Shown: piece after piece, positions 55,387 through 64,000 of the stretch
Layout: every line of letters begins with the position of its first letter
Numbering within the stretch: position 1 is the stretch's first letter
NCBI GenBank assembly: GCA_050952625.1
Contig: JBMNLH010000004.1
Location: 192,001-256,000, forward strand
Source: Bacillota bacterium
GTDB taxonomy: Bacteria; Bacillota; Ch66; Ch109
Reading direction: 5' to 3'
Length of the DNA stretch: 64,000 nucleotides
Position numbers and translations under genes: made by a program
The notes under the pieces: model-generated
The model's input: only the letters and a program-made list of their open reading frames with translations
The model's database searches: none
What the model was told of the DNA's origin: nothing

Positions 55387-55737
55387 TTAAACATTCAATC
55401 GACGTACAAATTTAACATCATCTTCAATCAAGATACAAATCCCTTCAACTAAGGCTAAAATGGCAGGAATGAATGTCCAGCAAAAGAGTATATACAAAAT
55501 GCCCTTCCCTGTTTGGCCCATGTAAAATTTATGCACTCCTATCCCTCCAAGCAATAAGGCAAACAAACCCGCAGCAATTCTGCTTTTATTCCCTGGGATT
55601 TGGGGCTGGGGGGTAAATTGTCTGACTCCGCAATGCGGACATATTTCAGCCTCTTTTTTTACTTGACCTCCACAAGATCTACAAAAGACATCGGTGGGAT
55701 AATTTACTTGAGGCCCAATGGTTGTATCATTCGACAT
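55387..55737 (-). CDS. Zinc-ribbon + TM2 domain membrane protein
   Basis: FCRSCG, ICPHCG, KSRIAAGLFALLLGGIGVHKFYMG; RBS AGGAGG before the ATG at 55737. Confidence 0.9.
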   Translation of the reverse strand: MSNDTTIGPQVNYPTDVFCRSCGGQVKKEAEICPHCGVRQFTPQPQIPGNKSRIAAGLFALLLGGIGVHKFYMGQTGKGILYILFCWTFIPAILALVEGICILIEDDVKFVRRLNV

Positions 55738-55820
55738 TTTTAAATCCTCCTTTTGAATCATGTATTCATACCCGACAAATTTACTCAGAATTCTCCATAA
55801 AACACAAAATCTCGGAGCCC

Positions 55821-56271
55821 TCATTTTTGCTTCCAAGATGCTAGGTTTATGATTACGTTTTTATCGATTTCGGTTATATCTGGATCCGATCCGCCGGCTA
55901 CGTCGCCGTGAGCCTGTATCAATTCCTCCCAGGTCATAAGTAGTCCTAGACGGGTCAGTTCGGTTTCTGCACCGCAATATTCGCAGTACCGCGCATCCCC
56001 GGGATTGTTTGCACCGCACCACTCGATATATAGCATCGTAGAGCTTTTTTGTTTTTGGTGCAGGTGGGGATGGGTTGCTTGTACTACCAAGCAGATAATC
56101 AACGGAAACTCCAAAAAAATCCGCGAGCTTTTTTACAGTCTCGAAATCGGGTTCGCGTTTACCGTTTTCGTAATTGCCGTACGCTTGACGGGTTACCCCT
56201 AAAAAATCAGCTATTTGTTGATGCGTAAGGTTTTTGTCCGTGCGCAATTTTTCTAGTCTTTTACAAAACAT
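55821..56271 (-). pseudogene. CI-like XRE repressor N-terminus joined out of frame to a zinc-ribbon C-terminal fragment
   Basis: HTH LTHQQIADFLGVTRQAYGNYENGKREP; second frame CGANNPGDARYCEYCG. Confidence 0.75.
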
Positions 56272-56307
56272 ATTTTCCCCACCTTATCGAATTACTTTAA
56301 TTATACA

Positions 56308-56414
56308 GCAACTTATTGTTGCGGAAAATAAACGTAACAATAAGTTGCAATAGGACTTGACAGCAACGATACGTTGCGTATAATGTAAGGTATAGCGACG
56401 AAACAAATCGTTGC
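56308..56414. promoter_or_regulatory. Lysis/lysogeny switch: four 15-bp operators and a rightward promoter
   Basis: G(C/T/A)AAC-N5-GTTGC at 56308, 56334, 56363 and 56400; TTGACA (56357) and TATAAT (56379) bracket the third operator. Confidence 0.85.
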
Positions 56415-56429
56415 ATCGGAGGTGATAAC

Positions 56430-56624
56430 TTGACAAGGGAGTGGTTGGTTAAGGCCCGGGGCGATATTACCCATGAACAAGTCGCTGAACAGGTGGGCAT
56501 CAGAAGACAATACTATGGCATGATTGAGAACGGTAACCGCACCCCTAGCGTAAATATAGCTAAAAAAATTGCTGCTTTTTTAGGGTTTGATTGGACTATT
56601 TTTTTTAAAGATCAAGGCAACTAA
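56430..56624 (+). CDS. Cro-like HTH regulator
   Basis: THEQVAEQVGIRRQYYGMIENGNRTPS...IAAFLGFDWTIFF; divergent from the repressor. Confidence 0.88.
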   Translation: MTREWLVKARGDITHEQVAEQVGIRRQYYGMIENGNRTPSVNIAKKIAAFLGFDWTIFFKDQGN

Positions 56625-57726
56625 TCAATTCGCCTACTTGACCTTGGGGAACCGGCTGACCATTCTCATCCACCAGCCTAGCCTCCCAGTTAAATCCCGG
56701 CTGGCCGATCGCTCCGACTTTGTGGATGTTTTCTAGCCCCAGGTGAACGCAGCCTGGTCCGGTTGCTTCACTCAAACCATAGTTGGTATCATACAGATGA
56801 TTCGGAAAATATTTTTTCCACCGGCGGATTAGACTTGGCGGTACCGGCTGGGCCCCGATGTGCATTAACCGCCACTGGTCAAGTTCATAATTTTTTTGGT
56901 CAACTTCGCCACTTTCGATGGCGTCCAGGATGTCCTGAGCCCATGGCACCAGTAGCCAGACAATGGTCGCTTTTTCTTCGGATACTGCTTCCAAAATCCA
57001 CTTGGGCGTAACCCCGCGCAGGATCACCGCCTTTGCCCCGACAATCAGATTCCCAAACCAGTGCATTTTCGCCCCAGTATGGTACAGCGGCGGGATGCAC
57101 AGAAAATTATCTTCCCCGGTCTGGAGATGATGCCGGTTTTCGGTAATCGCGGCGGAGACGAGGTTTGCATGAGTTAACAAAATCGGTTTTGGGGTCCCGG
57201 TGGTCCCAGAGGAAAAATAAATAGCGGCAGGATCATGATCAACTACAATTACTTCAGGTGCCTCAGCCGGGAATCTTTCCAGGAGTTGGGCGTAGCTTTC
57301 CGCTTTGTCCGGGCAGTCTTCGCCCACATAAATAAAGTGTTCAACTTGCGGCAGTTGGTCCCTAATCGTCTCAATTCTTTCTTGGAACTCGGGTCCGTAG
57401 ACCAGCACCTTGGCGTCAGCCGCCTCCAAACAACTCTTGATTTCTGCCGGGGTTAACCGGAAGTTGAGGGAAACCGCTAGGGCACCGGTTTTCATAATTC
57501 CGAAATAAACCGGCAGCCATTCCAAACAATTCATCATCAATAGAGCAACTTTGTCTTCGCGCTTAATACCGTGAGCCATTAAGGCATTAGCCAGCTTATT
57601 GGCCAGGTTATCAAATTCCAGCCAGGTTATTTCCCTTCGCCGGTTTGCCCCTGGTTCGCGCTCAATTAAAGCTGTCGCGTCAGGCTGAACCCGGGCATTC
57701 CGGGCGAGCATTTCCATTATTGGCAT
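56605..57726 (-). pseudogene. Acyl-CoA synthetase (AMP-forming), C-terminal part lost
   Basis: FSSGTTGTPK, YGLSE; ends at GELI and lacks the TGD/RxK motifs and the small C-terminal domain. Confidence 0.88.
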
Positions 57727-57989
57727 AAAACAATTACCCCCTTGCGTTACGACGCAGCTTAAAAACTAGCTATACTGTGCTTAACTTGTTCTTCGGTTTA
57801 CTTGCTCATCCCTAAAAAGCAAAATAATCCTCGATCGGGCGAGGATAGAATGCAAAAAAATAAAACTACCGTCCTGCCATCCTACTACCCTCCTCTTCCT
57901 TCAGAAGTTAAGTTGTCCTGATTGACATTTTAATTCTCTATAATTGTCGTATTTCCTGCTATTAACTACTCCTTGAATTAGGTTTCTTA

Positions 57990-58066
57990 GTGAACTCGAT
58001 CAAGCTTCGCTGAACATCGGAGCTTCAGAATGGATGCTCCACGCCACCCGAAGTTTAAACAAGGTA
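57990..58066 (-). mobile_element. IS200/IS605-like miniature element, copy H (partial)
   Basis: GTGAACTCG...CTTCGCTGAACATCGGAGCTTCAG...GAAGTTTAAACAAGGTA. Confidence 0.72.
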
Positions 58067-58600
58067 CTAGAATTAGGATGCCTGTGTCTTAACTCGGTCA
58101 GCAGGCTTAACTGGAAACGAAAACAATAATGTAAACTGCCAATTGCTGATCCTCGTTAAAACACAACGCGGATCATAGTTTTCATGTTCTAATGGTACTG
58201 CTTTGCGGTATAGAGATTCACTATGCGATAATGGTTTTCCATAGACTCACCAGTTAAATATTGGTATGGAAATTGACCCGATTTTTAGCAGGAATTGTCG
58301 TTCCTTTGTAGAAGGATAATTTGTTAAAGAGTTAATGGAAATCTGCCTAAAGTTTGGAGTGTTTTTTCGGTTTACAACTGGGTATATCAAATGAAGTATG
58401 TCAAAAACAACACTATTATATCATAGATCGAGTACCAGAACTCCTTGGGGAGTTTACAATGGCGGAGATTTCTTTGATTGGGGTTATTGTGCAGTTGTTG
58501 CCTAAATTGTTGAGACAAAGATTTCTGGGAGAATAGATGGCTATTTTGTGATTACTGGCTTAGTCCATATCTTTTCCACTTTAAGAAAGGAACGATAAAC

Positions 58601-60396
58601 ATGTCTATTGATAAACAACAATATTTTCGAAAAGTACGGGCCATTATGCGTACAGTCATTATCTTGTTCGCGATTAGTCTCGCTTTACCAACTGTAACTT
58701 TGGCCAGCGAAGGAATTGTCAACGGTTCAGTTGTGAACCTGCGGAGTGGGCCGGGCCTTGAGCACGCTCGAATTAGCCAGGTGCTAAAAGGTGACAGGCT
58801 TGATATTTTGCAGGAAAACTGTGGCTGGTACCAGGTAAAACGAGGCGAAAAAACAGCCTGGATCGCCGGTTGGCTGGTGGAGTTGGTGAACGCGGAAATA
58901 GTCCCTAGTGTCAATCAAGGGGCTGACCAATCACTAAATAATGGCCAACCTGATCCGATAAATAGTGATGATACTACTACCGAAGTCAATCCAAACCCAA
59001 ATAGTTCTGCTCCCAACGAAACCAGTCTTAATCCACCCGACACCTGGCTAAACATCCCCGGGCTGACCGAAAGCGGGTCAGAAGGTGTGCCACAGGATCA
59101 GAATCAAAGCAATCAGATACCAGAGGCGGGCACGGTCCAGCTTAGACTGGAGAATAGTGAAGCCGGTATTAAACTGTTTATGGATTCGGTCGAAGAGTTG
59201 GAAGCCGAGGTAAAAGAGTATAGCGCCCAGGATAAAAGTCAGGTTGTTTATCGTTTTAAAGACAAAAAAATAGCGGGCGATTCGCGCTTGTCAGTTAAAT
59301 TGGGCGGGGGAAAGGGAGAATTGCTTCAAGTAAGTGCCGTGGAACTAACCGATTCCCTGCAGGTGCTGATCGAATTCCCTAAAGGATTAATCTACGAAAC
59401 TGCTTCAGACAGCAATGACGGTCAGTATCAATTCTATTTACCGAACCAGTTGACTGAGATCACGGAAGTGGTTTCCGGGAACGGGATGCAGACAATCCTT
59501 CTTCGGGCTACTTCCCCGATTAAGTATCAGTCTGATAGCCCCGACGGTAAGGTCCAAATTGATTTATTGGGAATTCACCAGGGCGATCGCTTAACTATCC
59601 CTTATTTAAAAGGGGCAGTGGCTAGCCGTGTGTCGGTTAAGGAACAGACTGAAAGGAAGCCGGCTGAAAAGAAGCAAACTGAAAAAGAGCCGGCTGGAGA
59701 GTCGCCGGTAACTAAGTTGGAATTCAAAATTCAGGATATGAAACGGTTCAGCACGGCTGAATTATGTGATAATACCGTGGTCAGTTTGGTCCTGATCCCA
59801 GTTAAAATGACAGGGGATGCGGGAACTGATCAGGAAACAGTCGTGGTTATTGATCCCGGCCATGGCGGAAGCGATCCCGGAGCGATCGCGAGCAGTTCCA
59901 AATGTCAGGAAAAAGACCATAACTTAGCGATCGCTCTATTGGTCAAAGAACAACTGGAGCAAGAAGGATTGAAGGTTATCAGCACTCGAACGGATGATAG
60001 GTATCTTAGTTTGGAGGAAAGAAGTCAGATAGCGAACCGGGCTGAAGCTAGTGTGTTTGTGGCCATCCATTGTGATTCGTTTACCAGTCCGACGGTGTCC
60101 GGGACGACAACCTTTTACTATGCTCCCCGGACAAGCTGCAATTAGCTGCGCAAAGAGAGGAACGGAAACGACTGGCCCAATTTGTCCAGCAAAAGCTAGT
60201 TCAGGAGCTAGGCAGAAATAATCGAGGGGTAAAAGAGCAAAATCTATCTGTTTTACGTAATACGGAAATGCCTTCAATTCTAACCGAAGTAGCTTTCGTG
60301 AGTAACCCAGAAGAGGATCGGCTCCTGCAGCAGCCTGATTTCAGGAAGCGTGCGGCCCAGGCGATCGCCGCCGGCATAATGGAGTATTTAGATTAG
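58601..60396 (+). CDS. N-acetylmuramoyl-L-alanine amidase (SH3b + Amidase_3), frameshift near 60130
   Basis: Signal peptide, VNLRSGPG, IDPGHGG.DPG, EK..NL, IHCD; the shifted frame gives VLRNTEMPSILTEVAFVSN. Confidence 0.9.
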
Positions 60397-60444
60397 AAAA
60401 AAAGGATTTTTCTGATTGGTGGAGAATAGTATTTTATAGAAAAC

Positions 60445-60592
60445 TTAATAAACGGCAAACAGACAGGGAAGCCGGTGAAAATCCGGCGCGGTCGCGCCAC
60501 TGTCAGGAGGAGCGATCTCACATTAGGCCACTGGGTAACACCTGGGAAGGCGTGGGAGAGCGGTGAATCCGAGCCAGGATATCTGTTGTTTG
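60445..60592 (+). promoter_or_regulatory. Cobalamin riboswitch
   Basis: AGGGAAGCCGGTGAAAATCCGGCGCGG, GCCACTGT, CCACTG...GGGAAGG, B12 box GAGCCAGGATATCTG; terminator near 60660-60698. Confidence 0.93.
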
Positions 60593-60748
60593 TTGATAAA
60601 CGTTTTACGTAAACGTTAAGCTCCCTACGCAGGATGGGGTAGTTATGATCCTAGTTATGACCCCTTGTTCTTTTTTGGAGCAGGGGTATTTGTTTTTTCA
60701 GGGCATGTATTTCGCGATGTAGGCAGGCTTAAGTCTGCCTATTTTTTA

Positions 60749-60845
60749 CATAATCAGAAAGTATAAGTGACTTTCTGATTATAAGTAAGGGCAACTAGGG
60801 CTTACGCCTGCACCAAGGGCTTGGCGTAAGCCAAGTTTTCTTTAT
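60749..60845. repeat. Palindromic interspersed repeat
   Basis: ATAATCAGAAAG/CTTTCTGATTAT and GGCTTACGCC/GGCGTAAGCC hairpins ending AAGTTTTCTTTAT. Confidence 0.55.
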
Positions 60846-60900
60846 TTACTAACCGCCCGTGCCCGTTAGGCACAACTACCGATAAAAATAGCGGACATAT

Positions 60901-60970
60901 GTCATCCTGAGCGTGAGCGAATGATCTTGCTTCTCAGCGTGGGAAGGATTCTTCGCTTCGCTCAGAATTA
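60901..60970. repeat. REP-like palindrome
   Basis: GTCATCCTGAGCG..AGCGAA.GATC ... GATTCTTCGCTTCGCTCAGAAT. Confidence 0.6.
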
Positions 60971-61191
60971 TCAGGCGTTGCCAGCACCACCATAAACGAA
61001 TAATGGTTGTATTTAGCAATAACACGATAATAACTATTTCCGTTTAGACAATTCATTGTAAAACCAGGATTAATGGAAATTTTGTCGGAGGAGTTGATGC
61101 GAATAAGCGACTAGGAATAAGTAAAGATGACTAAAAGGAAGACAAGCATAACATAAGAGAAGTGGAATCATTTGAAGGGAGGTTTATCTCG

Positions 61192-64000
61192 ATGCGGAGA
61201 AACCAAAAGTTTTATCAATCCTTGGCAATGCTGCTGGTTGCCCTGATGATCTGCGCAACGATTGTGGGACAGACCGACATGTCGGCGCGGGCAGACAGTG
61301 GAAACCTGGCTGACAAAGCGGTCGCTTTTCTCAAGAGTGAATACCAGGCCAATGGAGCTCAGGGCGGTATTGGAAGTATCGGGCCCTACGACGCTTACGT
61401 TCTTCAGTCTGTTGGGGTGGATGTGAGCGACTGGAAGTATAATGACCAATCCCTGCTGGATGCTGTGACCAATTTGGTGAATCAAGACCTCAGCAATCCA
61501 ACGGCCCCGGTTAAGCACCTCGCTGAGGACCTGATTGCGATGCAGGAACTTGGCAACAACAGCTTAGTCGATCAGTTGAAAATGCTTTTACAGAACAGAC
61601 AAAACAATGACGGCTCGTTCCAAGACGATGCCAGTGTTTATAGCATCATCCCGGCCTATGAATTGTTGGGCCGGGCCGGTCAACTCAGTGCGGTTAATAG
61701 TGTGGTTAATGCGGCATATGCCCAAAACTATATTCTGGAACAGCAGGACACTACAACCGGGGCCTGGCCCAAAGATTGGCCTGATTTTATGGTCACTGCC
61801 CAGGCAGTGCGGGCCCTGAACTATCTCGTTCCCGGAGCTGCTGCCGATTCCGCGGTCGGTCAGGCTATAGCCCGGGGCTGCGACTGGCTCAAAGACCAGC
61901 AGCAGTCGGACGGCAGTTTTCTAGCCACCCAATTTGACGATCCTCTGATGGATACAGCGGAGGCGATCCTCACCCAGAAGGCCCTGGGCCTTGATCCAGC
62001 TAACGCTTGGACCACTGACGGCCAGAGTGCCGTTGATTATCTAACTAAGAGTGCTTTGAATGATGATGGCAGTTTTGGCTTCAGCCGGAATACCACGGAT
62101 GCCACCTGGGCCTTAGATAGTCTTAAACTGCTGGGGATTCTGCCTTCGGGCAGCAACGGCAGCAGTGGTGACAAGCCTTCAACCAACGTCAATGTCCGGG
62201 TTCGGGTCGAAGGGATCACAGGTCCGCCAGTGGACACTACGGTGAGTGTGTCCGGCACGGCCCTGGATGCCTTGAAGCAAGCAGTGGGCAGCAGCAACGT
62301 GGCCGCTCCCGGCGGATTTATCAACAGCATTAATGGTGAAGCGGGCGATCCGGCCGGGAATCCCCCTACCAGTTGGTTTTATTATGTAATAAGAGATGGG
62401 GAAATCGATCCGGTAGCGTTTGGCAGTGGCCCCGACGGGTACCAAATTCAGAATGGCGATCAGGTGATTTTCTACATTGGGGCTTATGATGCGGAGAGTT
62501 ATGCCAATCTGACCTATTTCCCGGTGGTGAGCCTAACGCCCGAGGCACCGATCGCCGGCCAAACAATCACCCTCAGCATTTCAGCCAAGAAGTATGACTG
62601 GAATACGGGTTTGCTGCAAGACCTGTCCAGTGCCGAAGCGGCGGCCATCGGCGACTATACGGTAACCTTCGGGGAAACAACCTACACCAGCAGTAATGGG
62701 CTGGTAGTCATTCCCAACGTAGCAGCGGGTAACCTGAGTTACGTGATTACTAACCAGAACAGTGTCGGCTATCCCAACGTGGTGCCCTGTCGGGGCAGCA
62801 TCAATGTTGCTGCTGGAAGCGGCAACAGCCCTCAACCTTCAACTTGCAGCGTGAGCATAGCCGTGGTGGGCAGAAACGGAGAAATCCTCTTTGGGCCGAC
62901 AACCGTGACCGTAATCTCCACCAATCCATGGGGACTGACAGCCCTGGGGGCCCTGGATGCTACTGGACTGTCTTACACTATATCAACCAAATGGGATGGC
63001 TACGTGGACTCCGTTGCCGGACAGGCCAACAGCGGGATGCAGGGATGGATGTACACGGTCAATGATACTGCCCCTTTGGGTTTAGCCAAGGATCAGGTTA
63101 TTGCCAGCGGTGATCGGGTGATCTGGTATTATAGCCAAAACATTGACCAGGCAGCCCCAACCTGGGCGCAACTGACTTCCGGAAGACCGTTAACTCCCGA
63201 AGTGGTGACAAGTACCACCGGGAACGCGGTGGTCAACCCGGCTGCCGGGGGTACTGTCGGATTGGGTAATGAGGTAGTGGTCAGTATTCCGGCCGGTGCT
63301 TTGAAAGGAGCTACCGGCGTGCCTGTGACCATTCAGAAAGTAAGTACTCCGCCCGCTGCTCCGACCGGGTTCAAGCTGCTTGGCCCAGTTTTTAAGATTA
63401 ACGTGGGTGATACTAGCGGCTATCAATTTAACGAGCCGGTTACCCTGACTTTTAGCTTGGATTTAGCCGATCTGCCCGAAGGAGAAACACCGTCGGTGTA
63501 CTATTACGATGAAACTGCTTTAGAATGGGTGAACCTGGGCGGGACCGTATCCGAGGGCACCATTACGGTAAGGATTGACCATTTGACCAAGTTTGCGGTG
63601 TTTATCAAGGATATTCAGGAAGAAGTCCCTCTTCCGGTTCCGGCCCAGGTATTTACCGATGTTCAGCCATCCTCCTGGGCCAGTGAGGCGATAAACCAGT
63701 TGTCTGGACTGGGCTATATCAGCGGCTACCCAGATGGAACCTTCAAACCAGATAACCAGATTACCCGAGCGGAGTTGGTGTGCCTGCTGAACAAGGCACT
63801 AGGGCTGTCCGCCTATACCCCCGCGGTGCCGGATTTTCGTGATGTGTCCGCGGCAGACTGGTTCTACGAAGCAGTGGAGAATGCAGTCCACGCCGGCCTG
63901 GTCAAGGGTTACGGCAACCTCTTTAACCCGAACGATCAGATCAAGCGGGAAGAGTTGGCCACCATCATGGTCAATGCCCTGGGCAAACATGACGAAGCCA
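61192..64000 (+). CDS. Large SLH-anchored surface protein with prenyltransferase-like alpha/alpha repeats and DUF4430-like domains (runs off the window)
   Basis: RBS GGGAGG; signal peptide MRRNQKF...; QNNDGSF, QQSDGSF and NDDGSFG repeats; TALGAL...GWMYTVN..GDRVIWYY; SLH FTDV..SWA...GYPDGTFKPD..ITRAE; absent from the ORF track because no stop codon is reached. Confidence 0.9.
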   Translation, partial: MRRNQKFYQSLAMLLVALMICATIVGQTDMSARADSGNLADKAVAFLKSEYQANGAQGGIGSIGPYDAYVLQSVGVDVSDWKYNDQSLLDAVTNLVNQDLSNPTAPVKHLAEDLIAMQELGNNSLVDQLKMLLQNRQNNDGSFQDDASVYSIIPAYELLGRAGQLSAVNSVVNAAYAQNYILEQQDTTTGAWPKDWPDFMVTAQAVRALNYLVPGAAADSAVGQAIARGCDWLKDQQQSDGSFLATQFDDPLMDTAEAILTQKALGLDPANAWTTDGQSAVDYLTKSALNDDGSFGFSRNTTDATWALDSLKLLGILPSGSNGSSGDKPSTNVNVRVRVEGITGPPVDTTVSVSGTALDALKQAVGSSNVAAPGGFINSINGEAGDPAGNPPTSWFYYVIRDGEIDPVAFGSGPDGYQIQNGDQVIFYIGAYDAESYANLTYFPVVSLTPEAPIAGQTITLSISAKKYDWNTGLLQDLSSAEAAAIGDYTVTFGETTYTSSNGLVVIPNVAAGNLSYVITNQNSVGYPNVVPCRGSINVAAGSGNSPQPSTCSVSIAVVGRNGEILFGPTTVTVISTNPWGLTALGALDATGLSYTISTKWDGYVDSVAGQANSGMQGWMYTVNDTAPLGLAKDQVIASGDRVIWYYSQNIDQAAPTWAQLTSGRPLTPEVVTSTTGNAVVNPAAGGTVGLGNEVVVSIPAGALKGATGVPVTIQKVSTPPAAPTGFKLLGPVFKINVGDTSGYQFNEPVTLTFSLDLADLPEGETPSVYYYDETALEWVNLGGTVSEGTITVRIDHLTKFAVFIKDIQEEVPLPVPAQVFTDVQPSSWASEAINQLSGLGYISGYPDGTFKPDNQITRAELVCLLNKALGLSAYTPAVPDFRDVSAADWFYEAVENAVHAGLVKGYGNLFNPNDQIKREELATIMVNALGKHDEA

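Noticed and set aside
61168-63990. Short ORFs listed in the last 3 kb
   Set aside because: They are alternative-frame or antisense shadows of the long plus-strand gene starting at 61192

Overview
The window looks like DNA from an anaerobic Bacillota (Clostridia-like) genome. It opens with an rRNA operon: the 3' part of 16S, a tRNA-less ITS, a 23S of about 3.3 kb carrying two large insertions, and 5S. An IS21 element and a decayed accessory block follow (AAA ATPase, hemerythrin/CheX, broken type I R-M, ECF sigma/anti-sigma). Core genes include a LysM protein, ruvCAB, pdxST, a Ser T-box-controlled aminotransferase-serA-serS operon and five tRNAs. Two heavily eroded tRNA-integrated elements are present. 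The first (about 33.4-52.5 kb) is a nest of IS1634, three IS110, an IS3-like element, REP/MITE repeats and a group II intron fragment, and ends in an in-frame fusion to a 5'-truncated tadA. The second (about 53.1-56.6 kb) is a prophage immunity region with an NYN RNase preceded by a structured leader RNA. The window ends with a cell-wall amidase and a cobalamin-riboswitch-controlled SLH surface protein. The best leads are: an IS110 non-coding end whose putative bridge-RNA guides match the REP/MITE arm it inserted into; the NYN gene with a candidate cis-encoded RNA antitoxin; the kinase/coiled-coil/TadA fusion; a 170-nt insertion in 23S helix 68; and an 8-copy IS200/IS605-like miniature element. 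Many single-base frameshifts, even in serS, suggest indel errors in the assembly, so pseudogene calls are tentative. Family names come from motif recognition by eye, not database searches.
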